A DNA stretch of 19,139 nucleotides from Candidatus Cloacimonadota bacterium (GTDB lineage: Bacteria > Cloacimonadota > Cloacimonadia > Cloacimonadales > WRIO01), in contig JAKQQL010000286.1 of assembly GCA_029564175.1 (NCBI GenBank), forward strand, positions 1 to 19,139. The letters run 5' to 3'. Position 1 is the first letter of the stretch. Each line of letters opens with the position of its first letter. The notes under the pieces were generated by a model that was given only the letters and a program-made list of their open reading frames with translations, was not told the origin of the DNA and ran no database searches. The position numbers and the translations under genes are program-made. Shown here piece by piece: positions 8,249-17,669 of the stretch.

Positions 8249-9013
8249 TTATTCGCCTTTTTTTGACACTTTTTTAGAAAGTTTTACTGTTTTCCTAATA
8301 ATCTTTTGAAGTTCTTTACTCTCAGGAAAATCTTGTCTAAGTCTTTCTTGTATTTCATATAATTTGTCTGACTCATTTCTTTCATAATGAATTAAGCCAC
8401 TATAATAGAGTGATTTTAATTCAAGTTCGTCCTTATTATTTAAAGCAATAATTTCATCCAGATATAGAAGTGCCGAGCTGTAATCGTCAATTTTATAATA
8501 GATATAACCCGCTAAGTATTTTTTTTCAAGTAACTTTCTCTGACATTTCTGGATATAATCATAGGCATCAGAACGTCTCTTATCCCATGGATATTTATCA
8601 ATAAAAACCTGAAAGGCATCTATAGATTTGTTCGTTTCATCCTGAGTATAATGCGGATTTAATCCTTGCTTGTAATATGCAACTCCAATCATAAACTGAG
8701 CAGAGCTGATGTCTTTATAATCAGGAAAAAGACTGAGTAAAAGCTGATATTCAGTTACAGCCTCGACATATTTCTTGCTGTAAAAATATGATTCAGCCAG
8801 TTTAAACTGAGCATCTGCAGTATAAACAGAATTTCTTTCCAGAACGAGCTGTTCGTACAAAGGAATGGCTTTTTCATATTTTTTTTTCTGGTAAAAAGTC
8901 TCTGCTTTATCCCATTTTTCAGATGCTGGTGTCGTATTTAGTCCCTTATTTGCGGAACATCCGATTAAGACAAAAAGTGCTATCAAAGCAATCAGCAATG
9001 CCTTCATTTTCAT
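8249..9013 (-). CDS. bamD: Outer membrane protein assembly lipoprotein BamD (TPR)
   Basis: Lipobox LIGC. TPR helices (AQFKLAESYF...Y.EAVTEYQ..L..FP, AQFMIGVAYY). PHYTQDET..SIDAFQ.FIDKYP matches the BamD/YfiO pattern. Confidence 0.85.
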   Translation of the reverse strand: MKMKALLIALIALFVLIGCSANKGLNTTPASEKWDKAETFYQKKKYEKAIPLYEQLVLERNSVYTADAQFKLAESYFYSKKYVEAVTEYQLLLSLFPDYKDISSAQFMIGVAYYKQGLNPHYTQDETNKSIDAFQVFIDKYPWDKRRSDAYDYIQKCQRKLLEKKYLAGYIYYKIDDYSSALLYLDEIIALNNKDELELKSLYYSGLIHYERNESDKLYEIQERLRQDFPESKELQKIIRKTVKLSKKVSKKGE

Positions 9014-9026
9014 TCAGTACCTCTTT

Positions 9027-9581
9027 TTAATGATTTCCATAATATATCAGATATACCAGACTTCCAATAACTGCGGACAGCATTAGAGGTTCATACCATC
9101 TGGATATCGTTTTAGTTTTTTTTGATAGATTTTCATTCATACTCAGTGTTCTGCTAAGAACTATCCTATTGCCCTGAGAAATCTTTATCAGATATTGAGG
9201 ATAAATAAAAGTATCTTCTTTTGTAAAAAGTATATAATTTTGTCTTTTAACTAACGTTTTGTTATCAGTTAAGATACTAATGACAGTTACGCTGTCATTT
9301 TTTATATCAGAGACCACAAATCCCTCATTTAAAGCAAAATCAGTCAAACGAAAATTCACTAAATCTGAGCCGGTTGATTTAATCACATCGAAATAGATAT
9401 ATCTGGTATTCAGAGAATCCAGGGGATTTTTCAAAGAATCCCATAACTTTGTAGTTGTCTGAGAAATACTTATCTGACTGGCATTTAGCAACAACACATT
9501 AGCTAAAATAAAAACACAGAGAAACATGTATTTATTAGACAAAACACGCAAAGAGAATAAAAACCGACTTGTTAATTTCAT
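9027..9581 (-). CDS. Hypothetical exported protein with a C-terminal membrane helix
   Basis: SD GGAG upstream. Hydrophobic N-terminal segment ending LLNA. C-terminal WYEPLMLSAVIGSLVYLIYY. Confidence 0.7.
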   Translation of the reverse strand: MKLTSRFLFSLRVLSNKYMFLCVFILANVLLLNASQISISQTTTKLWDSLKNPLDSLNTRYIYFDVIKSTGSDLVNFRLTDFALNEGFVVSDIKNDSVTVISILTDNKTLVKRQNYILFTKEDTFIYPQYLIKISQGNRIVLSRTLSMNENLSKKTKTISRWYEPLMLSAVIGSLVYLIYYGNH

Positions 9582-9595
9582 GTTATGATCTCCAA

Positions 9596-9630
9596 AAATA
9601 AATGAAACAGGGAGCAGAATCTGCTCCCTG
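9596..9630 (-). terminator. Intrinsic terminator after the aminopeptidase gene
   Basis: CAGGGAGCAGA-A-TCTGCTCCCTG (9608-9630), followed on the minus strand by TTTCATTTATTT. Confidence 0.8.
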
Positions 9631-9638
9631 AAATCAAT

Positions 9639-11069
9639 TTATGCTTTCAATAGAAATGCTTTATATGCTTTATAAGTTGAATACAAATCTGCTTTTGAGC
9701 AAATTTCATACAATGAATGCATGCTTAAAAGCCCAGGTCCGCAATCAACTACATCACAACCATAATATGCAAGGAACTTGGCAATAGTTCCACCGCCACC
9801 TTCATCCACTTTACCCAGTTCACCAATCTGCCAGTTGACTTTTTCGTCATTGAAGATCTTCATAACCTTGGCAACGAATTCACTGCTTGCATCATTAGAT
9901 CCGCCTTTTCCGCCACTACCGGTAAATTTGGCAATCCCAACACCATGCCCCATATGAACTGCATTGTTTGCTTCATGCACACTTGGGAAATTAGGATTAA
10001 TGGCAGCATTGACATCAGCTGATAAAACAGCAGATTTAATCAAGGTTTTACGAATATTAAAGCTACCGGTATCTTCATTGTTATATTTCAGTATATCCCC
10101 AATGAAATCAAGGAAGAAAATTGAATTTGCACCGGTTGCACCATCTGAGCCGATTTCTTCTTTATCAAAGAAATAAATCACAGAGGTTTTATCATTTTCC
10201 ATTTCCATTACATCTAACAGTGCCTGAAGAGATGTATAAGCGCAAATACGATCATCCTGACCATATCCAATTACCATACTCTTGTCTATACCCAGATCAC
10301 GTGCTTTACCAGCTGGAACCAGATATAATTCAGCACTTAAAAATTCTTCTTCTTTAATATCATACTTTTCATAAATCAGATGAAGTGCATTCAGTTTAAC
10401 TGCATCCCTGACTTCTTCTTTATCTTCATAGAAAGGGATTGAACCAAATAAGACATTCATATGGGAAGCGGTAATAGCATCAGTAAGTGTTTTACCCATT
10501 TGTTCTTTTCTGGATAAATGGATTAACAGATCTGGCATTACCAGTACTGGATCGTTTTCATTTTCACCGATACATACATTCACTTTTTCGCCATTGTTTT
10601 TAATAACGACACCATGTAAAGCAAGTGGAGTTGACATCCACTGATATTTTTTGATACCCCCATAATAATGAGTTTTCAACATGGCCAGTTTGGTTAACTT
10701 ATCTTCATCAAGTGGGTTTTGCTTCAGATCAACTCTTGGAGCGTCAATATGAGATGCTACGATATTGATACCTTCAGAAAGAGGTTTTTTCCCAATGATA
10801 GCAATTGCCATCGCCTTGTTTTTGAATATTTTGTAAACTCGCTTGTTGTTATGATTTTTTTGAGGAACATCAATATTGATGAAGTTTTTACTTTTCAGTT
10901 CTTCAATGGTATAATCAATAACTTCTCTTTCTGTTTTAGCTGTACTCAAGAATTTCTTATAGTTTTCAGCAAACTTAAGCGCAGTTTTTTGTTCGTTTTT
11001 GGTCGTATCAGTCCAAAAATTTTTTCTTTCATAACCAATTTTTTTCCTGAGTTCATCTGATTTTTTCAT
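9639..11069 (-). CDS. M18-family aminopeptidase (ApeA-like)
   Basis: Zn ligands and catalytic motifs SHIDAP, THYYGGIKKYQW, GQDDRIC, DKEEIGS, SADV, KFTGSGGK, SMHS. Confidence 0.92.
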   Translation of the reverse strand: MKKSDELRKKIGYERKNFWTDTTKNEQKTALKFAENYKKFLSTAKTEREVIDYTIEELKSKNFINIDVPQKNHNNKRVYKIFKNKAMAIAIIGKKPLSEGINIVASHIDAPRVDLKQNPLDEDKLTKLAMLKTHYYGGIKKYQWMSTPLALHGVVIKNNGEKVNVCIGENENDPVLVMPDLLIHLSRKEQMGKTLTDAITASHMNVLFGSIPFYEDKEEVRDAVKLNALHLIYEKYDIKEEEFLSAELYLVPAGKARDLGIDKSMVIGYGQDDRICAYTSLQALLDVMEMENDKTSVIYFFDKEEIGSDGATGANSIFFLDFIGDILKYNNEDTGSFNIRKTLIKSAVLSADVNAAINPNFPSVHEANNAVHMGHGVGIAKFTGSGGKGGSNDASSEFVAKVMKIFNDEKVNWQIGELGKVDEGGGGTIAKFLAYYGCDVVDCGPGLLSMHSLYEICSKADLYSTYKAYKAFLLKA

Positions 11070-11099
11070 ACTGACTCCTTCTATTTTAAGTTAACTCTT

Positions 11100-11570
11100 T
11101 TAGTATATTTTTTTTATTATAAATTTACGATCACCCTTTGGGGCTTTCACAATCGCTTCTTCATCCACTTTTTTTCCAATAAGAGCTTTACCCAGAGGCG
11201 AAGCTACAGATACCTGAATAATATTATCATCCCGATCATATACTTCATCCACCCCAACCAAATGATAATGGTAGAGTGTATTATCGGGTATTTCTATTAA
11301 ATCTATATAAGCACCGAATCGAACTGCATCTTTAGGTAAAGTAGTTGGGTCGATTAATTTAAGTCTTGAGACTTTTTCTTGCAGGCGATTTAATTCGGTT
11401 TCTACATTTCTTTGTCTTTCACGTGCTGCATGGTATTCTGCATTTTCGCTCAGATCACCAAGTTCTCTTGCTGCTACTACCTGATTGATAATATCAGGGC
11501 GTTCTTCAATCAGATGCTGGATTCTTTTTTGCAGTCTTTGCATTCCTTCAGGTGTTATATATTCTGCCAT
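11100..11570 (-). CDS. greA: Transcription elongation factor GreA
   Basis: YITPEG, ARELGDLSENAEYHAA (conserved acidic D/E), VRFGA, SVASPLGKALIGK. Confidence 0.93.
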   Translation of the reverse strand: MAEYITPEGMQRLQKRIQHLIEERPDIINQVVAARELGDLSENAEYHAARERQRNVETELNRLQEKVSRLKLIDPTTLPKDAVRFGAYIDLIEIPDNTLYHYHLVGVDEVYDRDDNIIQVSVASPLGKALIGKKVDEEAIVKAPKGDRKFIIKKIY

Positions 11571-11575
11571 GCCTC

Positions 11576-12388
11576 TTATTCACTTCCTTTCTTTTTTAAA
11601 AATTTCAGACCGGTTAAAGCAGCTTTTTTTACTCTTGCATTTCCACTTTTAGCCCAGTTTTCATAATATTCTTTTATGTTGTCTGAATATAATGTCAATC
11701 CGCCAGTTAAAATTTCAACGAAATTTGGATCTCTTGTATTTTTATAACTTTCATATATTGAGAAATACATTGTTTCATCAGTTTTTGCAATGGATTTAAT
11801 CAGAAAAGCGTTAATTTTTATAAAGTTTGGGCTGGCATTCATCCAGCGGTTTTCCATTTTTGCAAAAAATTTTCTTAGCAATTCAGATTCATTTTTTAAC
11901 AGTTTCATCAACATCTTGATAATGCACTGGGAAAGCTGTTCATTATCTTCTCTAATCCACTGAATCAGTGTATCAAAATACTGAGCAGGATTCTTCTTAA
12001 ATATCGGATAAAGCGTTTTTTCCAGTAAAAGAGCGATGTCATTGGCATTATCTGCTTTAAAGAGATGTGCTTTAACATAATCCATGTACTCATTGTGTTT
12101 ACGACTCATCACTTTTCCTAAGATACAGGCAAAAGCAACTTTACCGTTTTCACCTTTTTTTTCCCATATATAATCAAAAAAAGTTTTATACTGATCCGGA
12201 TTTTTAGCCATTGCTGATGCTAAAGTAGAAGAGACTAACACCACCACATCACGTGGCACCTTGTTTTCTATCCTTTCAGGATAAGCATTGTAAATAATGT
12301 CAAAATCATAATCCCCCATAGGAATTTTACGTTCTAAAAAATCCTGTGAGTCTCTTACTAATCTTTCTTTCCAATCTAAAGAGATCAT
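11576..12388 (-). CDS. Hypothetical all-alpha protein, possibly HEAT/ARM-like (AlkD-like)
   Basis: 270 aa with SD AAGGAG. Amphipathic helices with repeated W-x-x-x-x-N motifs (WIREDNE, WMNASPN, WAKSGNARVKKAA). Confidence 0.7.
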   Translation of the reverse strand: MISLDWKERLVRDSQDFLERKIPMGDYDFDIIYNAYPERIENKVPRDVVVLVSSTLASAMAKNPDQYKTFFDYIWEKKGENGKVAFACILGKVMSRKHNEYMDYVKAHLFKADNANDIALLLEKTLYPIFKKNPAQYFDTLIQWIREDNEQLSQCIIKMLMKLLKNESELLRKFFAKMENRWMNASPNFIKINAFLIKSIAKTDETMYFSIYESYKNTRDPNFVEILTGGLTLYSDNIKEYYENWAKSGNARVKKAALTGLKFLKKKGSE

Positions 12389-12434
12389 TGATTCTCCTTT
12401 CTAAAATCGAACTGATTCTTAAATGGCTTTCTGT

Positions 12435-15400
12435 CTATTGAATGAGGACAAGTTTGCCTCGCTTTAAATCATTACCCATCTTTATCAGATAGACATAAAT
12501 GCCTGAACCTACCGTTTTTTGCTTACTATTCTTTCCATTCCAGACAATCTCTGAGCTGTTGTTTATCTTTTGCTGATAAACCAGATCGCCTGCCAGGTTG
12601 TAAATCTTGATTTCTCCTGTCTGACCCGCAGGAAGGTTCACGAAGGTTACCTCCTTAATCTCCTTTAATTTCAAAGGATTAGGATATGCTTCCACAAAAC
12701 TTAAATCAGTGATTTCTGTCAAGCTTAAACAGAAACGATTTTCATTATTCGCAATTTTATTCCCTGCAAGATCTGTCACATTTTCCATTTTAATCCAGTA
12801 AGGTTTGATACTATTTACCACATCATTGTTTAAGCTGAGAATAATCGTTGAATCTGCCAGTTCAGCATTATCAACCAGAATTTGTAAGCCCGGAAAAGGC
12901 GTTTCTATAGAAAAATCACGGCTATAATGAATCAATGATGCAGGATGTATAAGCTCAGAAAACTGAATGCTAATCTGCCGTTTATTATCCAGGTGAGCTG
13001 ATAATATTCGTGGATTTTGTATATCAGAATGATAATCAACCCAGACTGTTTGATCTTCAATTGCTAAGCCTGTTTCTGTTTGTAAATTTCGGTAAGTGAG
13101 CTGAAAGCGGTTATTTGTATTTAAACCTTCATTAAAATGTAGTAATACTCTTTTTTCTTCTCCAAGTGAAGATACAGATGAAGGATGTTTTTCAAAGCCA
13201 CCAATAGTAACAGTGAAGTGACCTCTGTTAAGAGAGCTCATGTTAAGCGCTTTATCAAATGTCATTAACACGATATTCTGATTAATCATTTTTACATCAC
13301 TCAATACAGAAGGAGTTCCAGGTTTGACAGAAGTCCATACAGAATAATGACTTTCTTGTGGAAAATATGACTGATTGAGCGTTGTTACAGCATACATATA
13401 TAAACTATCAGCCATTAAACCGGCATCTACAAACGAGTTACCATATACAGTACTGATTAATTCAACCTGACCACTGGCATTTAGTTTACGGTAAACATTG
13501 CATGTATCCCCTGAAGTATTCTGCCAGTCCAGTTTTACAGAGCTTGCATCAAGCACTTTTATTTTTAACAAAACCGGACTTTGAGGACCTGTAAACGGAA
13601 TATCTTTTTTTATAAAAAAGCTTTTTAATTCATCATTAACCGTTCGATTTAGAATAAATCCCCCCTGAGTCTGGGTGTTCTCGTTCAATGCAATGATCTG
13701 AAATGTTTTATCTGCTTTTGTAAACCATATCGGTTTCAATTCATTATCTTCATATTTTACAATATAAGCATTTGGAGGGATTGATAATATCGCTTCCATT
13801 TTACTGTCTCCGTCTATATCTGCTGATGAGATGGAGCTTTGTCCAGTTGTAACATTAGAAAAGCTAATCTCACTAATCATAGAGTAACTGTTATCAGATC
13901 CGTTATTTCCTGTTGTATTTTTAAATAATGCAAAATACCAGTATGATTTTGCAGGGTCATCTGCTTTTACATAGCCACCTGCCAGAAATTCATTCTGTCC
14001 ATCACCGGTATAATCACCTATAGACAGATAATAAACATTGAGTACTGGCAGTCTGGTAGTCCATACCATAACAGGGGCATTGTTTACCCATTCATAAATC
14101 ATCACATCACCGTCTGTATCTGCTAATAACAAATCTGGATACGCATCACCGTCCAGATTACCCCCTGAAAATTTAGGCACAAACATACGACGCTGAGTCG
14201 TATTCGTTGTATTGTTAATTGTTGCGTATTTGGTAAACGAACTCGATTGGCGTTTATATAGTTCAATCGCCGTCTGATCTGCTAAATTTCTTGCCACCAG
14301 TAAATCCTGAAAGCCGTCAGTATCAAAATCAAAAAACATGGCCCCTGTAACTTCATTCAATGACCACAGTGCAAAATCAGGATATGCAAGACCACTTCCA
14401 ATACTTTCATAGACTTCCAGTTTATCTGATTTGAGACCAATCAATTCGATTCCGCTTGAATTGCTGTTTCCGATGTAAAGTGGATTATATTTTTCTGCAA
14501 AAGTATAACTCGTATTAAATGCACCATTCTCATATTCATAAGCTCTGACGGTTCCGTTGATTTCATTACTGATATCCATAGCGATAACTTCTTGTATCTG
14601 ATTATTATTAAAATCGTAAGTATTTCTGGCAAAGATTAAACCCTGCCCAAATTCTTCTTCGATATAGTCATGAGAGTTAATTTCCTGTTCCTGGATTTCA
14701 ATGATATTATCAATCCAGTTACTTTCAATTTCATAACCAGCCAAGTCTTTGGCCTGCACTTTCAGGCTGAGCATACCAAGTCCCTTATTTTCAGGCAGTT
14801 TGAGAAAGAAAATGGAGTCAGGCAGAACAGAATGAACTAAAAATTCTTCTGAGTACTGATTGGACATATTATCATAAATTCTTCCTCTCAAACTCACTTG
14901 AACCTTTTCGTCAAAACCAAGCAAAGCGACATAAGTTAACAGATGATTATCCCATCTTTTCTGCACATAGAGACTATTTTCTTTAAATACAGGGGCTTTT
15001 CTATCAATAAAAATGGTTTTATAGCTATCAGAAGTCTGACCATTTTTCTTTTCTATTCTTATCCGTATCCTATACTCTCCATCTGTAAATAAAGAAGGAA
15101 AATGAAAATGTCCTAAGATTTCATTATGCTTTACATAATAAACAAATCCAGGAGTATTCTGATGGGTTGTAATGTCTTTCCAATCTGTTGACGCAGGGTT
15201 GACTTTATCTGTGTACATAATTGAGTATCTGAAAAAATCAGGAGAATCAATTGTGCCGGTTAAATCAAATTCTGAATTTAAATAAGCCCTGTCTTCGGGA
15301 TAGCTGACATTGATTTGATGAACAGCCGTAATTGAAAGTAATTTTTGAACATCAAGCATTCCAGCCCCAAAAACATTATCAAAACCACTTATACCCAGAT

Positions 15401-16616
15401 CTTTTGCTGAAGCTTGAAGTCGTGCTCTGACATCCAGATATGTAAGAGTTGGATTTTGAGATAATAATAAAGCAACTGCTCCAGTTACAAAAGGAGCAGC
15501 CATTGACGTACCGCTCTGAGCAAAATAAGGATTATCATTATTGTATGTACTGACTATCTCTTGTCCAGGCGCTACTATATCTAAATCAGGTCCATAACTG
15601 GAAAAAGAAGCGAGTTGTTCTGAAGCGTTAACAGCACCAACAGAAATTACATTATTTAAACGGGCTGGATAGCTGACAACCGGTTCAGGTGTATTACCGG
15701 CTGAAGCAACAATAATAGTACCTTTGCTGATAGCATAGTTACAGGCATCTTCAATTATGGGTGAATAATTTCTATCCCCCCAGCTTAGATTGAGTACATG
15801 ACAACCCATATCAGCAGCATATATAATAGCTGCCGCTGCATCATCATCTTCAAGATATCCTTGTCCGTCAGAAGTTCTGAATCCGGCTCTGACAGGCATT
15901 AGACTCACATTCCAGGCTGTTCCAGCGATTCCTGTATTATTATTGGTATCTGCGCCTATAATACCTGCAACGTGTGTTCCATGAAAGTTTTCATCATTTG
16001 CATTATTGTCTCTGCCTAAATAGTCTCCTATTCCATTCATGTTAGGCGCATCTACAAAATCCCAGCCATGATAATCATCTATATAACCGTTCTCATCATC
16101 ATCAATCCCATTATCCGGAATTTCGCCACTGTTAACAAACAAATTGGTTTGCAGATCTGGGTGATCAAAATTGTACCCTGAATCAATTATCCCCACAAAT
16201 ACCTGATGAGATCCGGTATTATGAGCCCAGGCAAAAGGTAATTTCATCATTTGTGCGACTGTTGACTGAGAACTGTAATAGGGGTCATTAGGGATTCTAT
16301 ACAATTGGTTGATGAAATTATATTGGGTATATGCTATCTCAGTATGATGATTAATCTCAGATTTTACTTGCTCCAGATTAATATTTTCTTTAAATCGAAC
16401 AAGAAAAAACTCATTTTCTGATTTGGCAGTTATAGTATTTATCGACTGAGTATTTCTGGATTGAAACAACTGATTCAGTTTTTTATTGGAAAACTGATTG
16501 TTTATTATTTTTTCTTTCTTTTTTGTCTTGATAATCAGTTCATTTGGAACATAATCTATCGCATTCAATATCATCATACTTGCTACGAGCATCCAGAAAA
16601 GGATTGTTCTCTTCAT
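12435..16616 (-). CDS. Secreted multidomain S8 (subtilisin-family) serine protease with FG-GAP-like repeats, FN3, Ig-like domains and a C-terminal sorting domain
   Basis: Signal peptide and prodomain (YVPNELII). Triad VGIIDSG / HGTHVAGII / SGTSMAAPFV, oxyanion ASAGN. DFDTDGFQDL, GNLDGDAYPDL, GDYTGDGQNE, ADIDGDSKME repeats. FN3 (VKLDW..Y.YAV). CTD AYPNP...IYNLAGDLV...GSGIYVY...GKLVLIQ. Confidence 0.93.
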   Translation of the reverse strand: MKRTILFWMLVASMMILNAIDYVPNELIIKTKKKEKIINNQFSNKKLNQLFQSRNTQSINTITAKSENEFFLVRFKENINLEQVKSEINHHTEIAYTQYNFINQLYRIPNDPYYSSQSTVAQMMKLPFAWAHNTGSHQVFVGIIDSGYNFDHPDLQTNLFVNSGEIPDNGIDDDENGYIDDYHGWDFVDAPNMNGIGDYLGRDNNANDENFHGTHVAGIIGADTNNNTGIAGTAWNVSLMPVRAGFRTSDGQGYLEDDDAAAAIIYAADMGCHVLNLSWGDRNYSPIIEDACNYAISKGTIIVASAGNTPEPVVSYPARLNNVISVGAVNASEQLASFSSYGPDLDIVAPGQEIVSTYNNDNPYFAQSGTSMAAPFVTGAVALLLSQNPTLTYLDVRARLQASAKDLGISGFDNVFGAGMLDVQKLLSITAVHQINVSYPEDRAYLNSEFDLTGTIDSPDFFRYSIMYTDKVNPASTDWKDITTHQNTPGFVYYVKHNEILGHFHFPSLFTDGEYRIRIRIEKKNGQTSDSYKTIFIDRKAPVFKENSLYVQKRWDNHLLTYVALLGFDEKVQVSLRGRIYDNMSNQYSEEFLVHSVLPDSIFFLKLPENKGLGMLSLKVQAKDLAGYEIESNWIDNIIEIQEQEINSHDYIEEEFGQGLIFARNTYDFNNNQIQEVIAMDISNEINGTVRAYEYENGAFNTSYTFAEKYNPLYIGNSNSSGIELIGLKSDKLEVYESIGSGLAYPDFALWSLNEVTGAMFFDFDTDGFQDLLVARNLADQTAIELYKRQSSSFTKYATINNTTNTTQRRMFVPKFSGGNLDGDAYPDLLLADTDGDVMIYEWVNNAPVMVWTTRLPVLNVYYLSIGDYTGDGQNEFLAGGYVKADDPAKSYWYFALFKNTTGNNGSDNSYSMISEISFSNVTTGQSSISSADIDGDSKMEAILSIPPNAYIVKYEDNELKPIWFTKADKTFQIIALNENTQTQGGFILNRTVNDELKSFFIKKDIPFTGPQSPVLLKIKVLDASSVKLDWQNTSGDTCNVYRKLNASGQVELISTVYGNSFVDAGLMADSLYMYAVTTLNQSYFPQESHYSVWTSVKPGTPSVLSDVKMINQNIVLMTFDKALNMSSLNRGHFTVTIGGFEKHPSSVSSLGEEKRVLLHFNEGLNTNNRFQLTYRNLQTETGLAIEDQTVWVDYHSDIQNPRILSAHLDNKRQISIQFSELIHPASLIHYSRDFSIETPFPGLQILVDNAELADSTIILSLNNDVVNSIKPYWIKMENVTDLAGNKIANNENRFCLSLTEITDLSFVEAYPNPLKLKEIKEVTFVNLPAGQTGEIKIYNLAGDLVYQQKINNSSEIVWNGKNSKQKTVGSGIYVYLIKMGNDLKRGKLVLIQ

Positions 16617-16636
16617 TCATATCCTCCTTTATAAAC

Positions 16637-16669
16637 TTCTAAGGGACGGTGGTTAACCGTCCTTCAGAA
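16637..16669 (-). promoter_or_regulatory. Stem-loop immediately upstream of the S8 protease ribosome-binding site
   Basis: TTCTAAGGGACGGT-GGTTA-ACCGTCCTTCAGAA, a 14-bp imperfect stem. SD AAGGAGG at 16629-16623. Only a short T run follows. Confidence 0.6.
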
Positions 16670-16688
16670 TATTCAATTATTTTTTATT

Positions 16689-16708
16689 AAAACTGATAAA
16701 TCAGTTTT
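16689..16708. promoter_or_regulatory. Perfect 9-2-9 palindrome (candidate operator or weak hairpin)
   Basis: AAAACTGAT-AA-ATCAGTTTT. Confidence 0.45.
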
Positions 16709-16728
16709 CAGATTATCGTTTCATTCAA

Positions 16729-17649
16729 TCAATAATAGAATGTAAGACCAATATGATGGGTATTTCCAAGGTCTTCAAAATCATTTGAAGTGTAAGCATA
16801 ATCAACATCAAAACGGTTCCAGTGAATACCTAATCCGGTAGTCAAACTTTCGATATCATGATTAAATTTATAACCGGCTCTCAAGTGAAGCATATTATAC
16901 ATAGAAATCTGGGTACCCAGGTTATATTTTGGATCATCATCATCTTCATGCTGAACGAGTTTTGCTTCCATATTCATTTTTAGTAAGTCTGTAAAGTCTT
17001 TTGAATAACTGGTTCCGACTTCAAATGTATAAGGAATCTCTATTTTTTCATTTTTCATTTTATCCGTAAAGCCGATGTTTTTTATATTTGCAAACAGATT
17101 GGTATTCTGTAAAGGAGTCTGCCATAAATAACCAAAATCAAATGACATCCCTAAAGCCGATTCTGTGTGAATCTTCGTGAACAAACCATGAACTGTCATT
17201 CCAAAAAGATGATTACTGGCAATTCGCTGTGCATAATTGAGTCCCATGTTTATATCAATTGGATAATATTCTCCAATCAAAGTTCCGTTTTCCAGTCTTT
17301 CTTCAATTTTGCCGTAATCAATTGTATTGAACGAAAGACCGAGAGAACGATTCAGACTTGAGTTTCTCCAAGCGACAGAATAAGCATTTGCGTCAAAATG
17401 ATTTAACTGCATTTGAGAAAAATGAACACTTTTAGTTTTAAAATTTAAGGCTGCAACCGGATCCTGAGCGATAACAGAAGCAGAGGGACTATAAAACGCA
17501 CCAGTCCCAGCCTGAGCTGATAATGCAGGAGAAAGGTTAAATTTTAAAAACTGAAATCCGTATTCTCCGGAATGACTGTCTATGGTTTCTGCATGTATCA
17601 TACTGACCAGTAACAGGATAAGACCTGATATTAAAATTGTTCTTTTCAT
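16729..17649 (-). CDS. PorV/PorQ-like (UPF0164/FadL-superfamily) outer membrane beta-barrel
   Basis: Signal peptide ending IHA. GFQFLKFNLSPALSAQAG and DPVA correspond to the FLxI.p.AR..amG / NPA plug motifs. Also DYGKI, DFG, LRAGY, GLG..W.RFDVDYAY, and terminal LGNTHHIGLTFYY (beta-signal). Confidence 0.85.
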   Translation of the reverse strand: MKRTILISGLILLLVSMIHAETIDSHSGEYGFQFLKFNLSPALSAQAGTGAFYSPSASVIAQDPVAALNFKTKSVHFSQMQLNHFDANAYSVAWRNSSLNRSLGLSFNTIDYGKIEERLENGTLIGEYYPIDINMGLNYAQRIASNHLFGMTVHGLFTKIHTESALGMSFDFGYLWQTPLQNTNLFANIKNIGFTDKMKNEKIEIPYTFEVGTSYSKDFTDLLKMNMEAKLVQHEDDDDPKYNLGTQISMYNMLHLRAGYKFNHDIESLTTGLGIHWNRFDVDYAYTSNDFEDLGNTHHIGLTFYY

Positions 17650-17669
17650 TTTAAATCCTCCGGATTTCT

